From contig NZ_JBHSTI010000008.1 of the NCBI RefSeq assembly GCF_042660085.1, positions 1,569,876-1,601,875 on the forward strand: a DNA stretch of 32,000 bases. Reading direction: 5' to 3'. The notes under the pieces are model-generated. The model was not told where the DNA came from. It saw nothing but the letters and a program-made list of their open reading frames with translations, and did not search any database. The stretch comes from Longivirga aurantiaca (GTDB lineage Bacteria > Actinomycetota > Actinomycetes > S36-B12 > CAIYMF01). This document shows, piece by piece, positions 16,451 to 23,941 of the stretch. The translations under genes were made by a program, and so were the position numbers. Numbering within the stretch: the stretch's first letter is position 1; every line of letters begins with the position of its first letter.

Positions 16451-17893
16451 GTGACCGAGACCCTCGCCAACGCCGTGGCCGCGGCGGACGGGCTCGCCCT
16501 GCCGCAGCCCTACGTCTACCGCCACAACCCTCTGGTCGAGCCCGACTGGCGCCGCTTCCCGGGATGGAAGGACGTCACGGACGACGAGTGGCGCTCCGCC
16601 CAGTGGCAGCGCAGCCACTGCGTGAAGAACGTCGCCCAGCTGCGCGGGGTGGTCGGCGACCTGCTCGACGAGCGGTTCTACGCCGACCTCGAGGCCGACA
16701 TCACCGATGCCGCCACGATGTCGATGCTCGTCCCGCCGCAGATGGTCAACACCATGGCGCCCACCGTGTCGCCCGCCGGCCCCGGCTCGCTCACCGAGGC
16801 GTGGTACGCCGACCCGGTGCGCCGCTACATGCTGCCGGTGCTGAGCGATCGGCGTACCGACTGGACGTCGCACCCGCACGCCACACGTGACTCGCTGCAC
16901 GAGCACGAGATGTGGGCGGTCGAGGGCCTCACGCACCGCTACCCCACCAAGGTGCTCGCCGAGCTGCTCACCACGTGCCCGCAGTACTGCGGCCACTGCA
17001 CGCGCATGGACCTCGTGGGCAACTCCACCCCGCAGGTCGAGAAGCTGAAGTTCGTCGCCAAGCCCGACACCCGCCTCGCCGACATGCTCGACTACCTGCG
17101 CCGCTCCCCCGGCGTGCGCGACGTGGTCGTCTCCGGCGGCGACGTCGCCAACATGCCGTGGGCGCGTCTCGAGCAGTTCGTCTCCGCCTTGCTCGAGATC
17201 GAGAACGTGCGCGACATCCGCCTGGCGTCCAAGGCGTTCGCGGCGCTTCCGCAGCACTGGCTGCAGGACGACGTCCGCGCCGGCATGGAGCGCGTGGCGA
17301 CGACCGCACGCAAGCGCGGGGTGGGCCTCGCCATCCACACGCACGTGAACTCCGCCAACACCGTCACGCCGCTCGTCGCCGAGGCGACGCGCGCGATGCT
17401 CGAGGTCGGCGTCCGCGACGTCCGCAACCAGGGCGTGCTCATGCGCGGGGTCAACGACTCCGTCGACAAGCTGCTCGACCTCTGCTTCGGCCTGCTCGAT
17501 GGCGCCGGGATCATGCCGTACTACTTCTACATGTGCGACATGATCCCCAACGCCGAGCACTGGCGGCTCGCGGTGTGGGAGGCACAGGCGCTGCAGCACG
17601 GGATCATGGGCTACCTGCCCGGGTTCGCGACGCCGCGCATCGTCTGCGACGTGCCGTACGTCGGCAAGCGCTGGGTCCACCAGGTGCACGAGTACGACCG
17701 CGAGCGCGGGATCACCTACTGGACGAAGAACTACCGCACCGGCATCGAAACCGCCGACTCGGCAGCCCTCGAGCGGACGTACGAGTACTACGACCCGATC
17801 CACACGCTGCCCGAGGCCGGCCAGGACTGGTGGCGCCTGCACGCGGCCGACTCGGTCGCCGCTGCCGACGCCAGCCGCGAGGTCCACTCCTGA
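16451..17893 (+). CDS. kamA: Lysine 2,3-aminomutase (radical SAM, KamA family)
   Basis: 480 aa from GTG 16451 (GGAGGA 4 nt upstream). The CPQYCGHC radical-SAM cluster motif is at 16976-16999, followed by VVSGGD, PYYFYMCD and VCDVPYVGK. Both acidic residues corresponding to the lysine epsilon-amino binding Asp residues of Clostridium LAM are retained (17537-17539 and 17648-17650). Confidence 0.9.
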   Translation: MTETLANAVAAADGLALPQPYVYRHNPLVEPDWRRFPGWKDVTDDEWRSAQWQRSHCVKNVAQLRGVVGDLLDERFYADLEADITDAATMSMLVPPQMVNTMAPTVSPAGPGSLTEAWYADPVRRYMLPVLSDRRTDWTSHPHATRDSLHEHEMWAVEGLTHRYPTKVLAELLTTCPQYCGHCTRMDLVGNSTPQVEKLKFVAKPDTRLADMLDYLRRSPGVRDVVVSGGDVANMPWARLEQFVSALLEIENVRDIRLASKAFAALPQHWLQDDVRAGMERVATTARKRGVGLAIHTHVNSANTVTPLVAEATRAMLEVGVRDVRNQGVLMRGVNDSVDKLLDLCFGLLDGAGIMPYYFYMCDMIPNAEHWRLAVWEAQALQHGIMGYLPGFATPRIVCDVPYVGKRWVHQVHEYDRERGITYWTKNYRTGIETADSAALERTYEYYDPIHTLPEAGQDWWRLHAADSVAAADASREVHS

Positions 17894-17897
17894 CCCA

Positions 17898-17951
17898 CCG
17901 ATTCGGTAGTGCAAACTCGCGCTCTACTGCGACTTTCCACTACCGAATCGG
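17898..17951. repeat. Hairpin repeat copy A: perfect 14-bp stem (ccgattcggtagtg / cactaccgaatcgg) with a 26-nt loop
   Basis: Read directly. It starts 5 nt after the kamA stop. The stop codon and last codons of the convergent DUF559 gene lie inside it. It is homologous to copy B (34/40 identical over the loop plus right arm). Confidence 0.75.
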
Positions 17952-18889
17952 GCTTCCGCGGCTGTCCTGATCCGCGCGAACTGGGAGACGATCCTGACCT
18001 CGTCGCAGACGAGCACCTGGGCCGGCACATGCAGCACCTGATGTCCGAGCGCCACGGCGGCCGCGTCCTTCGCGAGGTCGGCGGCGCGGCGGGCGGGATC
18101 GTCGTGCGTGGGCCCGTCGACCTCGATGAGCAGCAGTGAGCCGTCGGGCAGATCGACCGCCAGGTCGTAGCGGCGTACGCCTTCGGGCGTCTGTAGAACG
18201 TGCTGACGACGGAAGGACGTGAGGCCCGCACGACGCAGCAGCGCGCCGACGGTCACCTCGGTCAACGCGTCGGCGCCGTCCGCCGCGTGCTCAGCCGCTT
18301 CCCGGATCGTGTCGACGAAGCGCACCTTCGTCAGTCGCGCGAGGCAGTCCACAACACCCTCTGGCGTGACGATGCCCTGCTGGACCGCGGCGAGGACGAG
18401 ACCCGCCGCGCGCCTTCGACCACGTTGCCGCGAGGCGGCATCGATCGTGGCGCGCGCGGTGGTCACGCAAGCAAGGCCTCCGACCGTGGTGAGGTCGATC
18501 GTGTCGAGATGGCGTGTGTGGTGGACCCGGACACCTGGGAGCGGTGATACCACCACGCCGTGCGGGACGAGGATCTCGACGTCCGCGGTACTCCAGCGGG
18601 TGAAGCCTCTCAGCTCGAGAGCAGTCAGGGCATCGAGCGCCGCGCGCTCACCGGCATGGAGCAGCGCTGCGTGCCCCATCTGCTCGACGGAGAGCGCTCC
18701 GGTCATGAGTGCCAGGACTCGCGGACCGACCGGCTGCCATCGCTGGGCCCTGACCTGGCTGCGAGCATGATCATGGCTCACACCCAATGCCAGCAGCTGG
18801 TCCCGATGAACGAGCCCGGCTTGTGACTCGGCGAGCTCGAGGAGCCCAGGGACAAGGGCGAGTGGCTGAGTACGACCCGTCATGGGCAC
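17924..18889 (-). CDS. DUF559 (Vsr-like endonuclease fold) domain protein with an AbiEi_4-like N-terminal domain
   Basis: 321 aa. The N-terminus ...GLVHRDQLLALGVSHDHARSQVRAQRWQPVGPRV..., the C-terminus ...FRRQHVLQTPEGVRRYDLAVDLPDGSLLLIEVDGPTHDDPARRAADLAKDAAAVALGHQVLHV, and the overall architecture are typical of the multi-copy actinobacterial DUF559 family. Confidence 0.7.
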   Translation of the reverse strand: MPMTGRTQPLALVPGLLELAESQAGLVHRDQLLALGVSHDHARSQVRAQRWQPVGPRVLALMTGALSVEQMGHAALLHAGERAALDALTALELRGFTRWSTADVEILVPHGVVVSPLPGVRVHHTRHLDTIDLTTVGGLACVTTARATIDAASRQRGRRRAAGLVLAAVQQGIVTPEGVVDCLARLTKVRFVDTIREAAEHAADGADALTEVTVGALLRRAGLTSFRRQHVLQTPEGVRRYDLAVDLPDGSLLLIEVDGPTHDDPARRAADLAKDAAAVALGHQVLHVPAQVLVCDEVRIVSQFARIRTAAEARFGSGKSQ

Positions 18890-18970
18890 AGGCTGGGCAG
18901 GCGACGACGGACCGAGCCCTCGGTCGCTGGTCCAGCTGGGGATACCACGCCGTGATGCCGTCCCTGTGGG

Positions 18971-19024
18971 CCGACTTGGTGGTGGAATCTCGCGCTCTGC
19001 TGCGACTTCCCACTACCAAATCAG
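18971..19024. repeat. Hairpin repeat copy B, in the same orientation as copy A
   Basis: ccgacttggtggtgg-aatctcgcgctctgctgcgacttc-ccactaccaaatcag. The core stem is 10 bp including one G-T (G-U) pair, with a 24-nt loop. Its minus-strand 5' end contains the lrp stop codon TGA. Confidence 0.75.
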
Positions 19025-19461
19025 AGGGCGGGCGGGCGGTTCTCGTACGGCGTGGAGAGTACGACGCTCGTGCGCGTGGAGACGTTGGCCTTGGCGCGGA
19101 TCTCAGCCAGCAGCAGCTCGAGGTCGGCGGGGCTGCCCACCCGCACCTTGAGCACGTACGACTCGTCACCCGCGACCGAGTGGCAGGCCTCGATGGCGCT
19201 GACAGCCTCGAGCCGATGCGGCGCGTCGTCCGGCGCAGCGGGGTCGATGGGCTTGATCGAGATGAGGGCGGTGAGCGGGAGCCCGAGCTGGTCGTGGTCG
19301 ACCACGATCGTGTAGCCCTTGATGACCCCGCGCTGCTCGAGGCGGCGAACCCGCTGGTGGACGGCGGACGTCGAGAGCCCCGTGGCCTTGCCGAGGTCGG
19401 TGTACGACATGCGGCCGTCGCCCGCCAGCAGGCGCACGATCGCCTGGTCGATCTCCTCCAC
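19021..19461 (-). CDS. Lrp/AsnC family transcriptional regulator
   Basis: VEEIDQAIVRLLAGDGRMSYTDLGKATGLSTSAVHQRVRRLEQRGVIKGYTIVVD... gives the HTH_AsnC domain, followed by a RAM/AsnC_trans_reg C-terminal domain. I prefer the GTG start at 19461; the ORF extends to ATG 19512. Confidence 0.8.
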   Translation of the reverse strand: MEEIDQAIVRLLAGDGRMSYTDLGKATGLSTSAVHQRVRRLEQRGVIKGYTIVVDHDQLGLPLTALISIKPIDPAAPDDAPHRLEAVSAIEACHSVAGDESYVLKVRVGSPADLELLLAEIRAKANVSTRTSVVLSTPYENRPPAL

Positions 19462-19592
19462 GAACGCACAGCCCTTCGTCCCGACCGGCCCGCACGACCG
19501 GATCTCCGGCACAACCTACCGAGAGGCGCACGGATGTCCCGCCCGATACCCGGATCGTGACCACTACCGGCGGGTAGCGAGAGGGGCCCGCC

Positions 19593-20750
19593 TCAGGAGG
19601 TGAGCGACCGCCCGATGACCATGCGCTGGACCTGGTTGGTGCCCTCGACGATCTGCAGCACCTTGGCCTCGCGCATGTAGCGCTCGACCGGGAAGTCCTC
19701 GACGTAGCCGTAGCCCCCGAACACCTGCACGGCATCCGTCGTCACCTTCATGGCGACGTCGGTCGCGAAGAGCTTGGCCTTGGCCGCCTCGACCGAGAAC
19801 GGCATTCCGCGGTCCTTGCGACGCGCGGCCTCGAGCACGAGCGCGCGGGCGGCCGACACCTGCGTCGCCATGTCGGCGAGCATGAACGCGATCCCCTGGA
19901 ACTCGCCGATGGCCCGGCCGAACTGGCGCCGCTCCTTCGCGTACGCCGAGGCCGCGTCGACCGCGGCCTGCGCGAGCCCGACGGCGCACGCGGCGATGCC
20001 GAGGCGGCCGGAGTCGAGCGCGGCGAGCGCGATCTTGAAGCCCTGGCCCTCCACGCCGACCAGCTGCGACGCCGGCACCCTCGCGGAGTCGAGCAGCACC
20101 TGCGCGGTGCGCGACGCCTTGGCACCCATCTTGCGCTCGGGCGGCGCGCTGGACAGACCGGCCGTGTCGGCCGACGCGACGAGGCAGGAGATGCCGCGGG
20201 CGCCGTCGTCCGAGGTGCGCACCATGAGGTTGTAGAAGTCCGCCACTCCCCCGTGCGTGATCCACGCCTTGGTCCCGTCGACGACGTAGTCGTCGCCGTC
20301 GCGCACCGCTCGGGTCACGAGCGCGGCGGCGTCCGAGCCCGACGACGGCTCCGACAGGCAGTAGGCACCGAGCTGGTCGCCGCCGAGCATGCCCGGCAGC
20401 CACCGCGCCTTCTGCTCGTCGGTGCCGTACTCCGCCACCGGGAAGCAGGCGAGCGAGTGCACCGACACCGAGATCGCGACCGACAGCCAGGCGCCGGCGA
20501 GCTCCTCGAGCACCTGCAGGTAGACCTCGTACGGCTGGCCTCCGCCACCGATCTCCTCGGCGTACGGCAGCGACAGCAGCCCTGCGGCACCGAGCACCCG
20601 CAGCTCGTCGCGGAAGAACGTGCCGTCGTGCTCGTACTGCGCCACCTTCGGTGCGAGCTCGGCGTCGGCGATCTCGCGGACGAGGTCGAGCAGCGCGACC
20701 GACTCCTCCGTCGGGAGCATGCGGGACGCCGGCGTCACGGACAGCGCCAT
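19593..20750 (-). CDS. Acyl-CoA dehydrogenase (short-chain/butyryl-CoA dehydrogenase-like)
   Basis: 385 aa with ...GAYCLSEPSSGSDAAAL...GTKAWITHGG...QFGRAIGEFQGIAFMLADMA...VQVFGGYGYVEDFPVERYMREAKVLQIVEGTNQVQR, the canonical ACAD motifs including the C-terminal catalytic Glu context. Confidence 0.9.
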   Translation of the reverse strand: MALSVTPASRMLPTEESVALLDLVREIADAELAPKVAQYEHDGTFFRDELRVLGAAGLLSLPYAEEIGGGGQPYEVYLQVLEELAGAWLSVAISVSVHSLACFPVAEYGTDEQKARWLPGMLGGDQLGAYCLSEPSSGSDAAALVTRAVRDGDDYVVDGTKAWITHGGVADFYNLMVRTSDDGARGISCLVASADTAGLSSAPPERKMGAKASRTAQVLLDSARVPASQLVGVEGQGFKIALAALDSGRLGIAACAVGLAQAAVDAASAYAKERRQFGRAIGEFQGIAFMLADMATQVSAARALVLEAARRKDRGMPFSVEAAKAKLFATDVAMKVTTDAVQVFGGYGYVEDFPVERYMREAKVLQIVEGTNQVQRMVIGRSLTS

Positions 20751-21866
20751 CTAGACCACCACCAGCTCGCGCGGGCTGTGGTTGACCCGCTCGCCCGCCG
20801 ACTCGCCGCACACGACGATGTCCTCGATGCGCGCTCCGTGCTGCCCGGGCAGGTAGATGCCGGGCTCGATCGAGAACGCCATGCCCGGCTCGAGCAGCTC
20901 GGTGTTGCCCGTGACGATGTACGGCTCCTCGTGCGTCTCGAGGCCGATGCCGTGGCCGGTGCGGTGCACGAAGTACTCGCCGTACCCCGCGGCCTCGATC
21001 ACCGAGCGCGCGGCGGCGTCGACCGACTCGCACGTGACCCCGGGGCGCACGTGCTCGCACGCCGCGATCTGAGCCTCGAGCAGCACCTCGTAGTACGACG
21101 CGAACTCGGCCGGCGGTTCGCCCACGGAGTAGGTGCGCGTCTCGTCGGAGCAGTAGCCGTCGGGCATGGTGCCGCCGATGTCGACGACGACCGGCTCGCC
21201 TGCCTGGATCACGCGGTCGGACAGCTCGTGGTGGGGGCTGGCGCCGTTCGGGCCGCTGCCCACGATGACGAAGTCGACCGACACATGGCCCTCGGCGAGG
21301 ATCGCGTCGGCGATGTCCTTGCCCACCTCGCGCTCGGTGCGCCCCGCCCGCAGCCACTGCGGCACCTGCGCGTGGACGCGGTCGATGGCCGCGCCCGCGC
21401 GACGCAGCGCCTCGACCTCGTCCGGCGTCTTGCGCATGCGGAGCTCGCGGAGCACCGTGCCCGCCAGCATCTGGTCGACGCCCGGCATGGCCGCGCGCAG
21501 GCGCAGCACCTTCTCGGCCCACATGTGGTTGTCGAGTGCCGCACGCCCGCGCTCGGGCAGCAGCGAGCCGACGAGCATGAACGGGTCGTCGGTCTCCTGC
21601 CAGGTGAGGATGTCGATGCCGAGGTCTCCGATCGGGCTCGCCAGCGCGGCCGGCTTCTCGAGGAACGGCACCACGATCGTGGGGTCGCCCTCGGCCCGGA
21701 GCACGAGGCAGGTGAGCCGCTCGAGCGGGATCGCGTCGTACCCGGTGAGGTAGCGCAGGTCCGGCCCAGGGCTCACGAGAAGGGCGTCGACCTCCTGCGC
21801 CGCGGTGGCCCGCTGGGCCCGGGCGAGACGGTCGGCGAGGTCGGTGATCGGCGGGTGGTTGCTCAC
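20751..21866 (-). CDS. pepE: M24 family metallopeptidase (Xaa-Pro dipeptidase, PepE-like)
   Basis: 371 aa from GTG 21866. It has a creatinase-like N-domain and a pita-bread C-domain (VVVDIGG...GYCSDETRT...HRTGHGIGLETHEEP...FSIEPGIY...ARIEDIV metal ligands). Its position divergent from the 5'-3' exonuclease matches Rv2089c/Rv2090 in M. tuberculosis. Confidence 0.8.
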   Translation of the reverse strand: MSNHPPITDLADRLARAQRATAAQEVDALLVSPGPDLRYLTGYDAIPLERLTCLVLRAEGDPTIVVPFLEKPAALASPIGDLGIDILTWQETDDPFMLVGSLLPERGRAALDNHMWAEKVLRLRAAMPGVDQMLAGTVLRELRMRKTPDEVEALRRAGAAIDRVHAQVPQWLRAGRTEREVGKDIADAILAEGHVSVDFVIVGSGPNGASPHHELSDRVIQAGEPVVVDIGGTMPDGYCSDETRTYSVGEPPAEFASYYEVLLEAQIAACEHVRPGVTCESVDAAARSVIEAAGYGEYFVHRTGHGIGLETHEEPYIVTGNTELLEPGMAFSIEPGIYLPGQHGARIEDIVVCGESAGERVNHSPRELVVV

Positions 21867-21912
21867 GACGGCGACCCTACGCCGAGCGCGCTGCCCTGAC
21901 AGACTTCGGCGC

Positions 21913-22272
21913 ATGTGGGTCACCCCTGATGGCGTCCAGCACGTGCTGGCGCTCCCCGAGCCGGCCGAGGTGCTCACGCCCCGGGCGCTCACGTCGTACG
22001 CCGCCCTCGTCGCCTCGACGCCGCGCGAGGACCTCGAGCTCGCGCTGGACGACCGGCTCCTGGCCCTGGCCGATCACGGCTTCGAGCCCGACCCGGGCGG
22101 CCTGTTCGTGGAGCGTGCACCGGCCGAAGGGCTCCTCGACGGCGACCTCGGCAGCCTCGGCGGGCTCGACGCAGCCCTCGCCTCGATCGACCCGCGCTGG
22201 CAGGTGGACCTGCTCTACGCCCTGCACGCCCTGCTGGCCCTGCCCGCCGACGGGACGGAGAACCCGCGATGA
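21913..22272 (+). CDS. Hypothetical protein (119 aa), translationally coupled to the 5'-3' exonuclease
   Basis: ATG 21913. High GC3. Acidic and Leu-rich sequence. ATGA overlap with the next gene at 22269-22272. I recognise no family. Confidence 0.5.
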   Translation: MWVTPDGVQHVLALPEPAEVLTPRALTSYAALVASTPREDLELALDDRLLALADHGFEPDPGGLFVERAPAEGLLDGDLGSLGGLDAALASIDPRWQVDLLYALHALLALPADGTENPR

Positions 22273-23201
22273 CCGATCGCAGCCCCAAGCTGATGCTGCT
22301 GGACTCCGCGTCCCTGTACTTCCGCGCCTACTACGGCGTGAAGGAGGACGTCGTCTCCCCCGACGGCATCCCCGTGAACGCCGTCCGCGGGTTCCTCGAC
22401 TCGATCACGCGTCTCGTCTCCGACCACTCGCCCACGCACGTCGTCGCCTGCTGGGACGACGACTGGCGACCCACGTTCCGCACCGACGCGATCCCGTCCT
22501 ACAAGGCCCACCGCGTGGCCGACCCCGCGGCGAACGCCGAGGAGGTGCCCGACACCCTCGAGCCGCAGGTGCCGGTGATCGCCGACGTGCTCGCCGCGCT
22601 CGGCATCGCCCGCATAGGAGCGCCGGGCTACGAGGCAGACGACGTGATCGGCACCCTGGCGGTGCACGCGACCATGCCCGTGGACGTCGTGACCGGCGAC
22701 CGCGACCTGTTCCAGCTCGTCGACGACGACCGCGGCGTACGGATCATCTACACGGCGAAGGGCGGCGTCGGACGTCCCGACCTCGTCACCGAGGGCTTCG
22801 TCGAGGCGAAGTACGGCATCCCGGGTCGGTCGTACGCCGACTTCGCGGCGCTGCGCGGCGACCCGTCCGACGGCCTGCCCGGCGTGCCCGGGGTCGGCGA
22901 GAAGACCGCGGCGCAGCTGATCACGACGTACGGGTCGCTCGCCGCCGTGATCGCGGCCGCCGACGCCGGCGACCCGGCGGTACGCGCGACGGTGCACGCC
23001 AAGATCGTCGCGGCCGCGGACTATCTCGCGGTCGCGCCGCTCGTGGTGCAGGTCGCGACCGACGTACCGGTACCCGAGCACGATGCGACGCTGCACGCGG
23101 AGCCGGCCGACCCCGACGGCCTCTCCTACCTCACCGAGCGCTGGGGCCTCACGAGCTCTGTCGATCGTCTCCTGAAGGCCCTGCGACGCAACGCGTCCTG
23201 A
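22269..23201 (+). CDS. 5'-3' exonuclease (stand-alone Pol I N-terminal / FEN-like nuclease)
   Basis: 310 aa with LMLLDSASLYFRAYYG..., AWDDDWRPTFR, GYEADDVIGTLA, VTGDRDLFQLV, and H3TH GDPSDGLPGVPGVGEKTAAQL motifs. Confidence 0.85.
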   Translation: MTDRSPKLMLLDSASLYFRAYYGVKEDVVSPDGIPVNAVRGFLDSITRLVSDHSPTHVVACWDDDWRPTFRTDAIPSYKAHRVADPAANAEEVPDTLEPQVPVIADVLAALGIARIGAPGYEADDVIGTLAVHATMPVDVVTGDRDLFQLVDDDRGVRIIYTAKGGVGRPDLVTEGFVEAKYGIPGRSYADFAALRGDPSDGLPGVPGVGEKTAAQLITTYGSLAAVIAAADAGDPAVRATVHAKIVAAADYLAVAPLVVQVATDVPVPEHDATLHAEPADPDGLSYLTERWGLTSSVDRLLKALRRNAS

Positions 23202-23205
23202 TCGT

Positions 23206-23868
23206 TCAGGACGCGGAGGCCGACGGCGACGGCGAGCCGCTCTCGCCCACGACCTCGGTGAGCCCGGCCGCCGCCATGTACAGCACGGACAGGCGCTGGG
23301 CAGCCTCGGTGCCGGCGGACCACACGAGGATCATGTCGGTGTTGGTGAGGAAGCCCACCGCGGTGATCTGCGACTTCCGCGCCTGCTCGACCTGGGCGAC
23401 GGGGACGCCGTTGAGGGTGCCGGTGACCGCCTCCTTGCCGCCGAAGCCGCCCACCATGAAGGTCAGCAGCTGCGCCTTGGCGGTGACCGGCACGTCGTCG
23501 CGGAACCGCCAGACCTGGACGCCGCCCACCTCCTGGCCGCCGAACATCAGCTGCCGGGCGATCGCGCCGGAGAACACGCGGGACACCGACGGGTTGGCCC
23601 CCTGCGACTGCACCTGGCCGTCCTGGCCGTCCGCGGTGACGTAGGCGAAGTCGGGGAGCGTCGCGAGGGCCGACTCGGGGAGGATCTCGAAGGTGTCGAC
23701 CGCCGTGCCGGACGGTGACGCGGACGGGCTGGTGGTCGGCTCGGGCGACGTCGAGGCCGACGTCGAGGAGGCGGTTGCCGACGGCTCGCCGGCGGCGCTG
23801 CCGCTGCATCCGGCGGTCAGGAGCGCAGCAGCCAGGACGACGCCGGTCACGGCGGTGGGACGGAGCAC
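23206..23868 (-). CDS. Hypothetical lipoprotein
   Basis: 220 aa. Signal peptide with the lipobox LLTAGC, followed by a Ser/Thr/Pro-rich linker. GAGGAGG lies 7 nt upstream of the GTG start. Confidence 0.6.
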   Translation of the reverse strand: MLRPTAVTGVVLAAALLTAGCSGSAAGEPSATASSTSASTSPEPTTSPSASPSGTAVDTFEILPESALATLPDFAYVTADGQDGQVQSQGANPSVSRVFSGAIARQLMFGGQEVGGVQVWRFRDDVPVTAKAQLLTFMVGGFGGKEAVTGTLNGVPVAQVEQARKSQITAVGFLTNTDMILVWSAGTEAAQRLSVLYMAAAGLTEVVGESGSPSPSASAS

Positions 23869-23941
23869 GGACGGACCTCCTCAGGGTCCTGTCACGCTAC
23901 CCCGGCTCTGCGGGATCCCTGGAATCGGCGTCACAGCATGG

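Noticed and set aside
19545-19590. Possible third, degenerate copy of the hairpin repeat (shares CCACTACCG; the minus strand reads CCGGTAGTGG) just downstream of the ACAD stop.
   Set aside because: Only a 9-10-nt match. The conserved loop core TCGCGCTCTRCTGCGACTT is absent and the stem partners differ. It may be an unrelated weak hairpin (cccgcc...ggcggg).
20751-21866. M24 peptidase as a dedicated member of the lysine pathway (for example an amidinohydrolase or creatinase-like step).
   Set aside because: Its position divergent from the 5'-3' exonuclease reproduces the conserved pepE (Rv2089c)/Rv2090 arrangement, so a housekeeping dipeptidase is the simpler reading.
23369-23381. 11-nt match (ctgcgacttcc) to the loop of repeat copy B.
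   Set aside because: It lies inside the lipoprotein coding sequence with no flanking stem arms, so it is a chance match.
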